DNA of 39,350 nt from Barthelona sp. PAP020 (lineage: Eukaryota): positions 1 through 39,350 of the forward strand of contig JARQWU010000068.1 in NCBI GenBank assembly GCA_040182905.1. The letters run 5' to 3'. Position 1 is the stretch's first letter. Each line of letters begins with the position of its first letter. A program made the translations under genes and the position numbers. This document shows positions 27,998-38,361 of the stretch, one piece after another. The notes under the pieces were generated by a model that saw nothing but the letters and a program-made list of their open reading frames with translations, was not told where the DNA came from and ran no database searches.

Positions 27998-28498
27998 ATG
28001 CCAGAAAGGGGAGGATCTACTGATAAGTATTCTTGGGATCAATCTTTAAAAGATGTAACGATCGAAATCGAATTGGACGATTCAATTTCTCGTTCTGATT
28101 ATACTTTCAACATCACTTCAACACATATCTCTTTAACTATTTTGGGAGAAGAATATTTTAACGGCAAGTTACATAAACGTGTGATTCCTGCCGATTGTTT
28201 TTTCATGGTTGAAGATGACGTTATTGAAATTATTTTAACAAAAGAAAAACAAGATGAATGGTGGTCTTGTATTGTTGAAGGTGAAGCCACAGTTGACACT
28301 AAAGAAATTCCTGCAGAAGAGACAAGGTTACAAGATTTGGACCCTGAAGCCAGACAGGCTGTTGAAAAAATGATGTTTGAACAAAAATTCAAACAAAATA
28401 ATAAATCAGCAAAGGAGGCAAATTTAAGAAAATTTATGGAGGCACATCCTGAAATGGATTTTTCTAAAGCAAAGATCAGTGGCATTGATGATGATTGA
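27998..28498 (+). CDS. NUDC: NudC nuclear migration protein / Hsp90 co-chaperone (short CS-domain form)
   Basis: YSWDQSLKDV...WWSCIVEG (CS/p23 domain) plus the NudC C-terminus DLDPEARQAVEKMMFEQ...KFMEAHPEMDFSKAKI. Confidence 0.93.
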   Translation: MPERGGSTDKYSWDQSLKDVTIEIELDDSISRSDYTFNITSTHISLTILGEEYFNGKLHKRVIPADCFFMVEDDVIEIILTKEKQDEWWSCIVEGEATVDTKEIPAEETRLQDLDPEARQAVEKMMFEQKFKQNNKSAKEANLRKFMEAHPEMDFSKAKISGIDDD

Positions 28499-28662
28499 AC
28501 TTTTTAATATTGGGTAAATTTTGTGCAATTCTTTTTTTTTTTTTTTTTTGGGGGAGAATTTTTGAAATTTATGCAGAGAAAACAAAAAAAGAATAAAATG
28601 ATAAAAATAATTTACATTTGAAATGCATAAACCATGCAATGAAAAAAATGAACAATTGATGA

Positions 28663-29475
28663 TCATTTAGACATGAGACAATAGATGTAATACACTATTC
28701 CCAAAATAATAACAATCAAAACCAAGTCAGTGATGCAATAAATTGGTGATCTCATTAATTCCACAACTTTATTTAATCTTCTGTCAGTATCAGCAATTTT
28801 TTCACTTGTCTTTTGCATTTTTTCTTTCAAAGCAGGAACAAGATCCGCATGTTTTTCAATTTCATCAGCTTGTTGCATAGTTGTAAGTTTAATATTACGT
28901 ACAGTACTTAAGACACCAACCATAATTTTATCTTGTTCATCTATCTGTAGTTGAATTTGAGCTTGACCCTCAACAACATCAATATCTTCAAGTCGATCAG
29001 ACAATAATGTTGTATTTTGAGCACTATCCATCAATTCAGCTCTTTCAGTACTTTCTTGAACACTGGTAAACATATTGTTATAATTGGAAAGTTGATTATC
29101 ATACATATCCAAATGTTGTTTGGCCAATTTAATAATTTTTTCTCTTGTTTGCATATCATCATCATCTTTTTTGGGATTTACTTTTTGTTTAGTCATCATT
29201 ATTTCTAATTCATCGATTTCATCTCTTGCTTCAGATATCTCTTCATCCAATTGAATTTTTATTCTAATTGATTCCGCATCTGTGGTTTGACTTTGATTAA
29301 AATCTTCTATTCTTTCACGCAAAGTCCTTAATTTGATACCAAGAACTTTGCGTTTTTTCTTAAATTTGGATAAGTCCTTCTTTTCAATCTCCATTTGAGC
29401 AGGATCAGTAATTTCACCTCCATTTTGAATATAAATATCTTTAATACGATCTAAAAGTAAGTTAAGTTCAGACAT
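28663..29475 (-). CDS. SYP7-like Qc-SNARE (tail-anchored)
   Basis: 270 aa. Helical N-terminal domain, SNARE heptads beginning EQDKIM, then MRSPIYCITDLVLIVIILGIVYYIY, which resembles the SYP7 juxtamembrane and transmembrane segment. Confidence 0.8.
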   Translation of the reverse strand: MSELNLLLDRIKDIYIQNGGEITDPAQMEIEKKDLSKFKKKRKVLGIKLRTLRERIEDFNQSQTTDAESIRIKIQLDEEISEARDEIDELEIMMTKQKVNPKKDDDDMQTREKIIKLAKQHLDMYDNQLSNYNNMFTSVQESTERAELMDSAQNTTLLSDRLEDIDVVEGQAQIQLQIDEQDKIMVGVLSTVRNIKLTTMQQADEIEKHADLVPALKEKMQKTSEKIADTDRRLNKVVELMRSPIYCITDLVLIVIILGIVYYIYCLMSK

Positions 29476-29573
29476 TTTGAAACAAAAACCAAAAAAAAAA
29501 ATAAGGGGAAATAAAATTCTTTTTTTTTTACCTTGACATTTGTTCGTTTCTTTTTCAATATTACATTGTTTTG

Positions 29574-30056
29574 ATGAGATTCATTCATTTAACACAAGAA
29601 AAACTCAATAATTTTGAAAAAGATTTTTCAAATTTGAGTCGTCGTTTTATAGTCTTTCGAACACACATTCAAGAATATGCAAATGGAACTCGAGAATTAT
29701 ATGAAGAGGAAAGTCATGAGTTTTTAAGAGAATTAGAAGTTTTATTTGAACAATTAGATACCTTTCAAGAGAAATTATGTATTTTTGATTGTTTTTCTTT
29801 AAAAAGTGAAGTTGATTATATTTTACATGCTCTTGGTGAAATAGGAAAGAGCTTTTGTGATACCTTTGGTTTGACATCTTCTATATTTTTTGATAGCAGC
29901 TCAAAAATAAAAATTAGTAATAACAGTGTGTATATTCCTTCAAATATTAGAAATACTCGTAAAGATAAAGAAATTTCGACACCATCTTCAATATCTTCTT
30001 CATCCAATTTTTGTATATCCAAATTGGCTCGTTCAATTGTTCAAAAAAAAATTTAA
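29574..30056 (+). CDS. Hypothetical helical protein (160 aa)
   Basis: The ORF fills the gap between two minus-strand genes and is preceded by T-tract/TCAA like other genes. First ATG is at 29574 (29571 is TTG). No recognisable motif. Confidence 0.55.
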   Translation: MRFIHLTQEKLNNFEKDFSNLSRRFIVFRTHIQEYANGTRELYEEESHEFLRELEVLFEQLDTFQEKLCIFDCFSLKSEVDYILHALGEIGKSFCDTFGLTSSIFFDSSSKIKISNNSVYIPSNIRNTRKDKEISTPSSISSSSNFCISKLARSIVQKKI

Positions 30057-30087
30057 CAAAAAAACGGTAATTAAAAAAAATATTAAT

Positions 30088-33000
30088 TTACAATTTTTCT
30101 CGGGAAGGATTTGCAGTAATTGAAGGAAAATCAAATTCACCCATTCTTAATTCGTTAACAAGGTCAGAAACTATTTTATTTTGAATAGTATCGACAAACC
30201 CATTTGTTAATATTTCAAATCGATCCAGCAACAAATTCTTTATTGCTTGTGTTGTTGATACATATCTTTTGTATATCAATTTATTGTTATCCCAAACAAA
30301 AGGCAAAAAATCTTCAGCTTTGGATATTATGTAAAATAAATATCTAATTTGAGATATAATTGAATACGAAATATCATCATTGGTCAATTTTACAGTAACC
30401 CTATTCAAAGCATAATTCAGCCAGGCAGCAATATGATGATGAATAGGTGTAACTTCATGATATGTTGGAGATTCTAACATAGAAATATAAAAGAGGATGA
30501 TTGGTTTCATTTCACCAACAAAACCTTGTATGTGCTTTTTACATTCTTCATTTGAACAAGGAATATTTGAAGGAATAAATCGCAATAATGATTGTCTGTA
30601 TGTGGGTTTCGATCTTTCCAAAACCATTCTATTCAACCATGGACTCTTCACAAAAAGTTCAAAGGAAATTGCTACACCCTTTGAAATGCCTTCAGCCATT
30701 TGAAGTTTTGCATTGCGTAACAGAGCATCTTCAGTTTCAGGTAATTGGGTCGATTCAATGCTATCTCCTAACATCAACGTTTCTACAAATATTGTACGAA
30801 TTTGTTGATCTGTAATGAAAGGCACAACGCTTCTGGCAAAAACTGCAAACTCAGTTAAGGTCAATTTCACGTTTTTGGACAAAATATTTGCATTGGCTAA
30901 ACTTACTTCTGAAACTCCATTGGTATATGGATTTGATGCTTCAATAAACTTTTGCTTTATTACTACAACTGAATCTTTTCTCAATCCTTGTAACATCTTT
31001 AATATCTCATGTAATAATACTCTCATGTCAATTTTATATCTAAAACAATCATCGTCAAAAGAATTGTTCATTTGAATAGAAATTTCATTGTCAGATAGTT
31101 TTAAAGCAAACTTTCGCAAACCATTTACAATATTGTTCAAAACATTCGCCTGTTGATCACAAAAAAGTTGTCTAACAACAAATTCTGCAACAATGAAATG
31201 GGTGTATGGATATTCAAATTTGATACCAAAAGGATAATCCTCAATCAAAGAAATAGCATGAGCATAACATTCAAACAAAGCGCTATCGTATGTTCCATCC
31301 AAAAAACAAACAAAATCATCCAAAAGTTTGCTTTCATTTTGTTGTTGGAGTAAAGATTGAGATAAATCAATTACAAAATTCTCTGCCAACATGATGTCAT
31401 TATGTGTAAATATTATCATGTGCCAAAAAAAATCAGACAAAGACATTCTTTCAACATCTTCAAAAGTAAAAGGATCATTGACAATCTCTTTAAGAAGCTC
31501 ATTCTGAAACCACTCTATTATTACAGAAAGACAAAGATCTTCCAACCATTTGATAGAATGAATAAATCCTTGCTGTTCACTTTTGTGCTCATAGCGAATG
31601 TATTGATAAAGAATTGGTTTTTTATTTTTGTTTCTTTTCTTTGGTTCTCGCATTGTTTCTACATATTCGGCCAAAAACATCTCTGGATCTTCCTTTAAAA
31701 ATTTAGCTCGCCATTGTTGAATCAATTGGACATGAGGAGACAAGTTCAACTTGTGATTTGGACCATCTTCAATGGTGCTAGGTTCAAATATCGTGCTATC
31801 AATAGGTGATTGTTGTCTTGAATAGTAGGAATTATCAAAATTTATATTACCAACTGTTTGGAAATTAATCTCTTCAAACATAGCTTTTTGCTGTTGAAAA
31901 TAGTCAACAATTGTTTCAGGTTCTTCGAATTCATCAATGGGACTCTCGACATCTTGTGGTTCAGGTTGTCTAACAACAGGACTAACAGATTTTTCGCTAG
32001 AATTTACAGTTTGATCAGGCATGACAATAAAATCATTGCCAAAATCATCTTCATGTTTTTTTCCATAAAGTGATCTGGGTGTTAACAAAGCACCTGAAAA
32101 ATCAGGTCCAACAGGTCTGTCGGTAGTTTTAATAGGTGGTTCTTTTGTGACAACAACAGTTTCTTCAACATCAATCAATTTCTTCAACTTTAAAATTTCG
32201 GCCTTTTGATCGGAAATGATATTTAAATGAACATATTGTTTTTTCATCATTTCTTGAATGTGTAAATTTAAAGAATTAATTTTCCCTTCGAGTTTTCGAA
32301 TTTCTTCATTATCTTTCTTTTTTTGAATATTTAAAAAATCATCCATCTCTTTTTTCAGCTGTTCATCCTTTTTTTCAAGATTGCTTTGAAAATTGAATCG
32401 CAAAGAATTAATTTTATTTTCAACTTCAGTTTCAATTCCTTTAACTAACTCAGTTTTTTTGTCAACATAATCGTAAAGAACATTTTCAAAAAGTTTTAGT
32501 CTATTTGAAGCCCAAATCATTAGTTTTGCTTGTTCAGGTTCGATATTTGCTTCACGCATCAACTCAGAAATAATTATATCATTTAATCGTTCTTCACGGC
32601 CCCAACACTCAAAAAGAAGATCATCATTCTGTTTTAGATCTTCATTAAAAGATTTTTGAGGAAAATTTGATGCCATATCTTCAATAGTATCCAAAACTAA
32701 GGAAGCTTCAGCAGGTTGAGGAACTAAAGAAGGATATGAAGTAACAATCCATTGACCATCTTCATAGGATACAGCATTATTAGGATTATGTACTGGTATT
32801 GACTTATAAGCCCTGCGCTGTTGATATATAATTGGAATTTTTGTGTGTAGTTTCTGTTGTTGCAAAAGTTTGTCTTTATGTGATGGGGTATAAACAACAT
32901 CATCATAAAAAGACGCTTTTGTATGGCTTGGTGTATAAGCTTGCCTTTGTTCTGAATATTCTGAATATTCAACATTAAAATTAGAATGTAAATCAGAAAC

Positions 33001-33588
33001 ATCATTATTTTCAAGAATATGTTTCTCTTCAAGAGTATTATCCACAACGTTGGAAGAATCATAATTATTTAGTATGGGTTCAGGTGTTTCCGGTAAAGGC
33101 GTTTCAACAATTCTTGTTTTGCGAGGTGTAATAGCAGCAATGATAGGATCAACGTTTTGATTCGGAGATTCAACATTTTCAATTTCATAATATTCATCGG
33201 AATCATAGGTGACAATATTTTGACTTTGATCCAAAAAGGAACCAACGGACGAAGGGCGATCAAGCGTTCGAGTTAGTGAATTTCTTCGTTTTGGTTGTAA
33301 AGATTCAGTCAAAGTACGAGCATCCATGTATCCCGTTGTTTTATTACCATCATTTGTCAATATCTTATTCTGATTGGGAGTATATAAAGAAGAGTCTTTT
33401 GGCAGAGTTTTCTTTTCTAAAATTGATCTAAACTTCGTATTTAACGGAGAAGATTCAAATTGACGAGCTACTTCAACAGAATATTTCTTCTTTGCCTCCT
33501 CAAGATCAATAGAGGGCATTTTTTTCCTTTTAGAAATGGTTGGTATCGAAATAGTTTCCAAATTTTTGTCTTTCACTCGGTCCCCCAT
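30088..33588 (-). CDS. Large coiled-coil protein with C-terminal helical/EF-hand-like region, weakly TSNAXIP1-like
   Basis: 1166-aa ORF. Disordered S/T-P-rich N-terminus, central coiled coil, then KWLEDLCLSV...MSLSDFFWH...LAENFVIDL...FVCFLDG, a pattern recalled from ciliary TSNAXIP1-like proteins. The CDS is secure; the product call is weak. Confidence 0.55.
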   Translation of the reverse strand: MGDRVKDKNLETISIPTISKRKKMPSIDLEEAKKKYSVEVARQFESSPLNTKFRSILEKKTLPKDSSLYTPNQNKILTNDGNKTTGYMDARTLTESLQPKRRNSLTRTLDRPSSVGSFLDQSQNIVTYDSDEYYEIENVESPNQNVDPIIAAITPRKTRIVETPLPETPEPILNNYDSSNVVDNTLEEKHILENNDVSDLHSNFNVEYSEYSEQRQAYTPSHTKASFYDDVVYTPSHKDKLLQQQKLHTKIPIIYQQRRAYKSIPVHNPNNAVSYEDGQWIVTSYPSLVPQPAEASLVLDTIEDMASNFPQKSFNEDLKQNDDLLFECWGREERLNDIIISELMREANIEPEQAKLMIWASNRLKLFENVLYDYVDKKTELVKGIETEVENKINSLRFNFQSNLEKKDEQLKKEMDDFLNIQKKKDNEEIRKLEGKINSLNLHIQEMMKKQYVHLNIISDQKAEILKLKKLIDVEETVVVTKEPPIKTTDRPVGPDFSGALLTPRSLYGKKHEDDFGNDFIVMPDQTVNSSEKSVSPVVRQPEPQDVESPIDEFEEPETIVDYFQQQKAMFEEINFQTVGNINFDNSYYSRQQSPIDSTIFEPSTIEDGPNHKLNLSPHVQLIQQWRAKFLKEDPEMFLAEYVETMREPKKRNKNKKPILYQYIRYEHKSEQQGFIHSIKWLEDLCLSVIIEWFQNELLKEIVNDPFTFEDVERMSLSDFFWHMIIFTHNDIMLAENFVIDLSQSLLQQQNESKLLDDFVCFLDGTYDSALFECYAHAISLIEDYPFGIKFEYPYTHFIVAEFVVRQLFCDQQANVLNNIVNGLRKFALKLSDNEISIQMNNSFDDDCFRYKIDMRVLLHEILKMLQGLRKDSVVVIKQKFIEASNPYTNGVSEVSLANANILSKNVKLTLTEFAVFARSVVPFITDQQIRTIFVETLMLGDSIESTQLPETEDALLRNAKLQMAEGISKGVAISFELFVKSPWLNRMVLERSKPTYRQSLLRFIPSNIPCSNEECKKHIQGFVGEMKPIILFYISMLESPTYHEVTPIHHHIAAWLNYALNRVTVKLTNDDISYSIISQIRYLFYIISKAEDFLPFVWDNNKLIYKRYVSTTQAIKNLLLDRFEILTNGFVDTIQNKIVSDLVNELRMGEFDFPSITANPSREKL

Positions 33589-33794
33589 GTGGAAATGGCA
33601 AATAAAAGAAAGAATAGTTTAATTTATTGTGTGTTTTTTCTCCTTGTATAATTTGTCCTCCTGATTGATTTTTAATAGAATTGCACAATACAATAAAAAT
33701 AAATATTTATTTGAAAAAAGAACTGATTTAATTTTCTTTTACACTTTGAATTGTTTCTTCAATCATTATTGATTGAGAATGTTAATGATATGAC

Positions 33795-36700
33795 ATGAAA
33801 CCTTTAGAATTAAAAAATATATATCCCACTCCTGTGCTACGGAATGACTTCTTTGTCCATCGTTCATCAATTTGCACGAATCGAATAAAAGTTGTGGAAA
33901 ATGAGGAAATAAATTTAATGAACAAACGAAATGCAATTGTGAACTTAAAAAACAAAATTGAAATTAAGAAAACACTTTCCAATGAGATTAATTCTTTAAA
34001 TGTCGAAAGATTTAGCTCCATTCTTATGTTTTCTGATGATATTCTTTGGGGAGATAACAACAATTTGGAGTTTCAATATAACCATTCAATTAATCATTTG
34101 AACAATTTCTCTATAAATTCTTTAAATTTAGAAGAATGTTTACCCTCAATAAAGACAATTAAATCATCGTTAGAAGATGAAGTTTGTTGGAATGATGATT
34201 TTATTGAAACCATACCATTGATTGATTTTGGTTCAAATATTTTAGTTGATTCCAACATAAATTCAAATGATGGTTCTTTGCATGTAGAAAATAATCAAAT
34301 AACAAATGTGATTGTTAAAGAATATTTACAAAGAATTGGCTCTGACAATCCATGGCGAAATTACAAACCGATCATACGACATATAAATGAAAACTTTGAT
34401 CGTCTTGATGCAATTGACTGTATAAATAACTGTGATATTGTATCACCAGGTCTGAATATCAAACAGACATTAAATTGGCATAAAAATCAGTTTAATTTAA
34501 AACAAATTTCATCAAAAAGCATGGTTGTAAAGGTTCCAGAAGCTTTAAAATTTAAATTAGAGCAAAGGAATTTATTACAACTTGATCCCCACACATTTTT
34601 CAATGATTTGGATTTCTCCAATAATCATTCAGTCACACCAATAAAATTTGCTCAAGATATCAGAACTGATGTTGATGACCTGATATTATGTGAATATGTT
34701 GAAAAGTATCCATTGTTTATTTTAGAACGTGGTATGAAAATGAAATTAGTCAGATATATTCATCAAACTCTTGCTAAAAAAGATGAACAAGAGATTACTC
34801 AAATGATTGATGATTTGAAACAAGCCAATTTACCAAATAGAAAAGTTCAATTTTTTAATTCTACTGAATGGTTTGATCGTGGTGAATTGCGGTATTTATT
34901 GCCAAAAGAAGAAAATGATTTGAATAGAACAACTAAAAATGTTAATTTTGAATTGATGGAAGAGTCTCCTTTTTTTGGAGAATTTAATTGTGGGGAACAA
35001 ATTCTCCAAATGCAAACGAATTTGTTTTCTTCTTTGCTTATCAAACAAAAAACATGTAGCAATTTAAATGGTCTTTCATTAAAGTGCGAAAACCCATTTT
35101 TTGATTTTTTACTCATTCACAATGTTGATGATGGTTGTTTTTATATTCGTGAATTACCGGATATTTTTGTTGCTGAGAAACAGGAACCCAGAAGACATGT
35201 TCAAACTCATGAACATTTCAGTTCAAGATGGAAAATATTTTCAAAATTAAGGATATTGCTGTGGATTAGAAGCATGAATATCACTTTTGGGATCAAATCT
35301 GTTACTTTTAGTGATGTTTGCAAAAAATTTCCTGAGTTTGAAGAAAATGATTTTGATTCACCTGATATAAATAAACTTATTTCCATTCGAGGAAGAAACA
35401 TAAATTTGACAAAACTTGGTGAAGAGACTTTGCGTTCGATCATTAATGGAGAAACTACAAAATTTTTTGAGTTGAAAAAAAATGAAAATGAAATTTCACT
35501 CCCGGAACATTTTATGTTGCAAGATTCTACAAATGTTTATTTGTTATTTTATCAAAGAAGGCATTTTTTAAATATTCCTATTTCGGGAAACAAATTTGAT
35601 CGATTTTTCAAGCAAATTAGATTGTTTTTGACACAGTTAGCAAATTATATGGATGCCGATAGTTTTGAAAATGATGTGAAGCAACCTCATGTTGGTTTAA
35701 CTCTCATTGTAAATTATTTGTTGGAAGTTTTTTCAATAACATTGTTTAAACAGCTAGATGCATATAAGACTGGATTTAATTCAAGAAAGAAGATATTACC
35801 CACATTTTTATCAGATCTCAGAGTAGTCCCAACATCTAAAGAGTTAAAAGATCATTTTCAAAAAAGATATAAAGAATCTTTTGAAGAAATTCAAAGAGCC
35901 AAAACTGTTACAGAATTAGAAGACATTGATTATTCATTTTCAGAAAGATTACCACCAAATAACAATCATCCCGCTAAAATTAAACCAGCAGGTATTTTTT
36001 CATATCAAAGGTTTAAAAATTATCAAGGAGAGACAAATAAAGAAGACAAGAAATCAAATGAAGAAGATGGGAGATCAATATCAAAAAGTTCATGTATTCA
36101 TTTGCTTAAAGATGTTTTAAATGACGGCAATTATTCTGTTGAAGAATTGCAACAATTCGAAAGATGGGACTTACAAAAAAGAGTAAATGATTTTATGGGA
36201 AAATTAGATGAAGACAAATATTCAAGATTGAGAAATGAAAATCCTATCCTAAAAACATTGACTGCCCCTAAAAAAAAGAAATTAAATTCTCAAATTGACA
36301 ATCTGAGGATAAAATTGAATTATTTTACCAAATCAACGATGTATGATATTACTCTACGAGAATTATTGAATAAAGAAAGAATAAATAAAGAAAAAAAAAT
36401 ATATTTTGCTGAAAGATTTATTGATTTTGATGAATTTGCTCATCCATCCAATCAATTAAGGACTTTTATGAAATTAGAAAATCACTCTCTTGAAACAGGT
36501 TTAAAGACCAAAGATGTTACTACCAAAAAACTTCAAAAAGAAATTATCATTAAAATTGTGGAAAAAAAGACTGGAAGAGTTATCAATTCTTTCATTAGAT
36601 CAGAAGACAAGAAAATTATAAACTTTTTAAAAAGCTTGAATATTTTCCCGGTTAAAACCAACAGTAGAATTCAAATCTTTACAACATGTGAAAATGAGCG

Positions 36701-37697
36701 AAAAGATATTTGGGAAAATTTACAAAAAGAAACTTTTGCCTTTAACAACCAAATAAACAAAAAGGCCAAAGAAAATTGTGGGGTGTTGTTTTCTAAAATT
36801 GGAGAGTATATTTTCAAATCCAACAATTTATCAACTTCATCACCAATAAAGAGAAAAACAAAGCTTAAGAATCCAAACTCTGAAAATTTTTCAGATTCAC
36901 CGAAGAATATCATGACTTTTGATTTGGAAAAAAGTCAAAAAAAGGCATTTAAATTTGGGAAAAGCGTAATTGGAACATTCAAAAAATTTCAAACTTTTTT
37001 AGATTTGCTGGGAGATGAAACTTTTTTTTCAAAATTCAAAATTCTTGAAAATAATGTCAAAAATTGTATTTTTGATAGTGTCAAAGAATTTTTTTGTTGT
37101 TTTCGGAATATTCTTTTAAAAAACATTTCAAAAGAATTTATAAATTACTCAAGTGGTTTTCAGTTACTGCTGGAAATGTATTTGTTTAATTATTATGAAA
37201 GCTCTAGTATTCTGTTTGCTGAACAAATTGATATGGCAAAAGTGATTCAAGATATTTTATCGTCCTATGAAATTCCCAACTCTGAAAATGTTGGTCAAAC
37301 TCTGTCAGTGATTTTATATTCAATTATTGTTAAAATTAAGGAACATCCAAATAGTTATCCATTTGTCTCTCTTTTACCAATAGAATTCAAAAGTTATTAC
37401 AAGTTAATAAAATTTCCTATTTCTTTGAATGAGATAGGTCAAAAACAATACACACAGTCGAACCAACTTCTCAATGATTTATCTTTAATGGCAAAAAATG
37501 CTCATTTGTTCAATGATGCTCAAGATATTTCTTTTGGATTAATGGGTGATTCTCTCGTTTTCTTTGCAAAATTGCTAATTCACAAGTATATTCCATCTAA
37601 TCTTGACCTTCATCGTTTTTCATTCAAAATACATGCACATAAGTCGTTGAATATGGAAAAAAAAAAAAAAGACCCTTTTGAACGTTCAATTGAATAA
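33795..37697 (+). CDS. TAF1: Transcription initiation factor TFIID subunit 1-like (DUF3591 core + C-terminal bromodomain)
   Basis: EYVEKYPLFILERGMKMKLVRY, ESPFFGEFNCGEQILQMQTNLF, DFLLI...FYIRELPDIFVAEKQEP and RWDL match the TAF1 core in order. Bromodomain HPNSYPF...YYKLIKFPISLNEI...NAHLFN. Confidence 0.82.
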   Translation: MKPLELKNIYPTPVLRNDFFVHRSSICTNRIKVVENEEINLMNKRNAIVNLKNKIEIKKTLSNEINSLNVERFSSILMFSDDILWGDNNNLEFQYNHSINHLNNFSINSLNLEECLPSIKTIKSSLEDEVCWNDDFIETIPLIDFGSNILVDSNINSNDGSLHVENNQITNVIVKEYLQRIGSDNPWRNYKPIIRHINENFDRLDAIDCINNCDIVSPGLNIKQTLNWHKNQFNLKQISSKSMVVKVPEALKFKLEQRNLLQLDPHTFFNDLDFSNNHSVTPIKFAQDIRTDVDDLILCEYVEKYPLFILERGMKMKLVRYIHQTLAKKDEQEITQMIDDLKQANLPNRKVQFFNSTEWFDRGELRYLLPKEENDLNRTTKNVNFELMEESPFFGEFNCGEQILQMQTNLFSSLLIKQKTCSNLNGLSLKCENPFFDFLLIHNVDDGCFYIRELPDIFVAEKQEPRRHVQTHEHFSSRWKIFSKLRILLWIRSMNITFGIKSVTFSDVCKKFPEFEENDFDSPDINKLISIRGRNINLTKLGEETLRSIINGETTKFFELKKNENEISLPEHFMLQDSTNVYLLFYQRRHFLNIPISGNKFDRFFKQIRLFLTQLANYMDADSFENDVKQPHVGLTLIVNYLLEVFSITLFKQLDAYKTGFNSRKKILPTFLSDLRVVPTSKELKDHFQKRYKESFEEIQRAKTVTELEDIDYSFSERLPPNNNHPAKIKPAGIFSYQRFKNYQGETNKEDKKSNEEDGRSISKSSCIHLLKDVLNDGNYSVEELQQFERWDLQKRVNDFMGKLDEDKYSRLRNENPILKTLTAPKKKKLNSQIDNLRIKLNYFTKSTMYDITLRELLNKERINKEKKIYFAERFIDFDEFAHPSNQLRTFMKLENHSLETGLKTKDVTTKKLQKEIIIKIVEKKTGRVINSFIRSEDKKIINFLKSLNIFPVKTNSRIQIFTTCENERKDIWENLQKETFAFNNQINKKAKENCGVLFSKIGEYIFKSNNLSTSSPIKRKTKLKNPNSENFSDSPKNIMTFDLEKSQKKAFKFGKSVIGTFKKFQTFLDLLGDETFFSKFKILENNVKNCIFDSVKEFFCCFRNILLKNISKEFINYSSGFQLLLEMYLFNYYESSSILFAEQIDMAKVIQDILSSYEIPNSENVGQTLSVILYSIIVKIKEHPNSYPFVSLLPIEFKSYYKLIKFPISLNEIGQKQYTQSNQLLNDLSLMAKNAHLFNDAQDISFGLMGDSLVFFAKLLIHKYIPSNLDLHRFSFKIHAHKSLNMEKKKKDPFERSIE

Positions 37698-37830
37698 TTC
37701 CAATAAAAACTGTTTTTTATCGATTTTTGTTCACCTTCATCACATGATCCATTCCCAAATGTTTTCATCAAACAGTGTAGTTACTTCTATTTCAATTAAA
37801 CCTTCCATATAATAATAAAATTTACAATTT

Positions 37831-38361
37831 TTATAAATGATATTGTTTTGGAATGTATTTTTGTGACATATTGGCCATCCTTCCATTGTAATCCAAACAT
37901 TCTTGATTCAACTTTTGTTTTTCAGCAAGGTTTGAAGAAAAATTTGGATAACTTGGTCTATATTGTACTTTCTTTCCTTGACCGAGGCCAACAAATTGCT
38001 TGGTCGCTTCTCTATATTGAGAATCCGAAATTTTTTCAATTTTTGGTTTATTATTGTGTGCTTTATCATTTGTTTCTTCTCTTCTTATTCTTTGAACTTC
38101 ATCCAAATAATATGAACCCTTTAAAGCAGAATTATTTTTGATTTCATATCTTTCGGCTTCCTTTTTTGCATTTTGAGCATATTGAATACCTCTATCTATT
38201 TGTCGCTGAGCTTTTGTCATCCTTGCTTTATATGAAACAGATTCGCAAAAAACCTCATTTGTTGTTTCGTGAGCATCAATTGATGGATACACTGGTGCTC
38301 TTCTGGATATTTTCGGTGCTGAATCGTGATTAAAACCCAAATCAAGTGGTGTTCCACTCAT
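37831..38361 (-). CDS. Hypothetical basic protein (176 aa)
   Basis: ATG-initiated ORF, preceded by a T-tract/TCA element and divergent from the kinesin gene; no family recognised. Confidence 0.65.
   Translation of the reverse strand: MSGTPLDLGFNHDSAPKISRRAPVYPSIDAHETTNEVFCESVSYKARMTKAQRQIDRGIQYAQNAKKEAERYEIKNNSALKGSYYLDEVQRIRREETNDKAHNNKPKIEKISDSQYREATKQFVGLGQGKKVQYRPSYPNFSSNLAEKQKLNQECLDYNGRMANMSQKYIPKQYHL

Noticed and set aside
28532..28549. T18 homopolymer (and A14 at 37657-37670 in TAF1) as a retroposon tail or programmed frameshift site
   Set aside because: No target-site duplication or element body; homopolymers are common here. The A14 length could be a sequencing error affecting only the last few TAF1 codons.
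271..37831. TAAA at stop codons as a Trichomonas-style poly(A) signal
   Set aside because: Present at about 7 of 16 gene ends, which is not clearly above chance in such AT-rich sequence without poly(A)-site data.
640..38141. The many 60-130 aa ORFs in the track that overlap long genes (e.g. 854-1120, 7588-7884, 8277-8657, 10122-10463, 10889-11221, 26647-26976, 28099-28485, 32724-33062, 37848-38141)
   Set aside because: Antisense or alternate-frame shadows of well-supported genes, many with non-ATG starts and none with recognisable motifs.
271..38361. Alternative genetic code or stop-codon reassignment
   Set aside because: Conserved proteins translate full-length in the standard code, and TAA, TAG and TGA each end genes at plausible positions.
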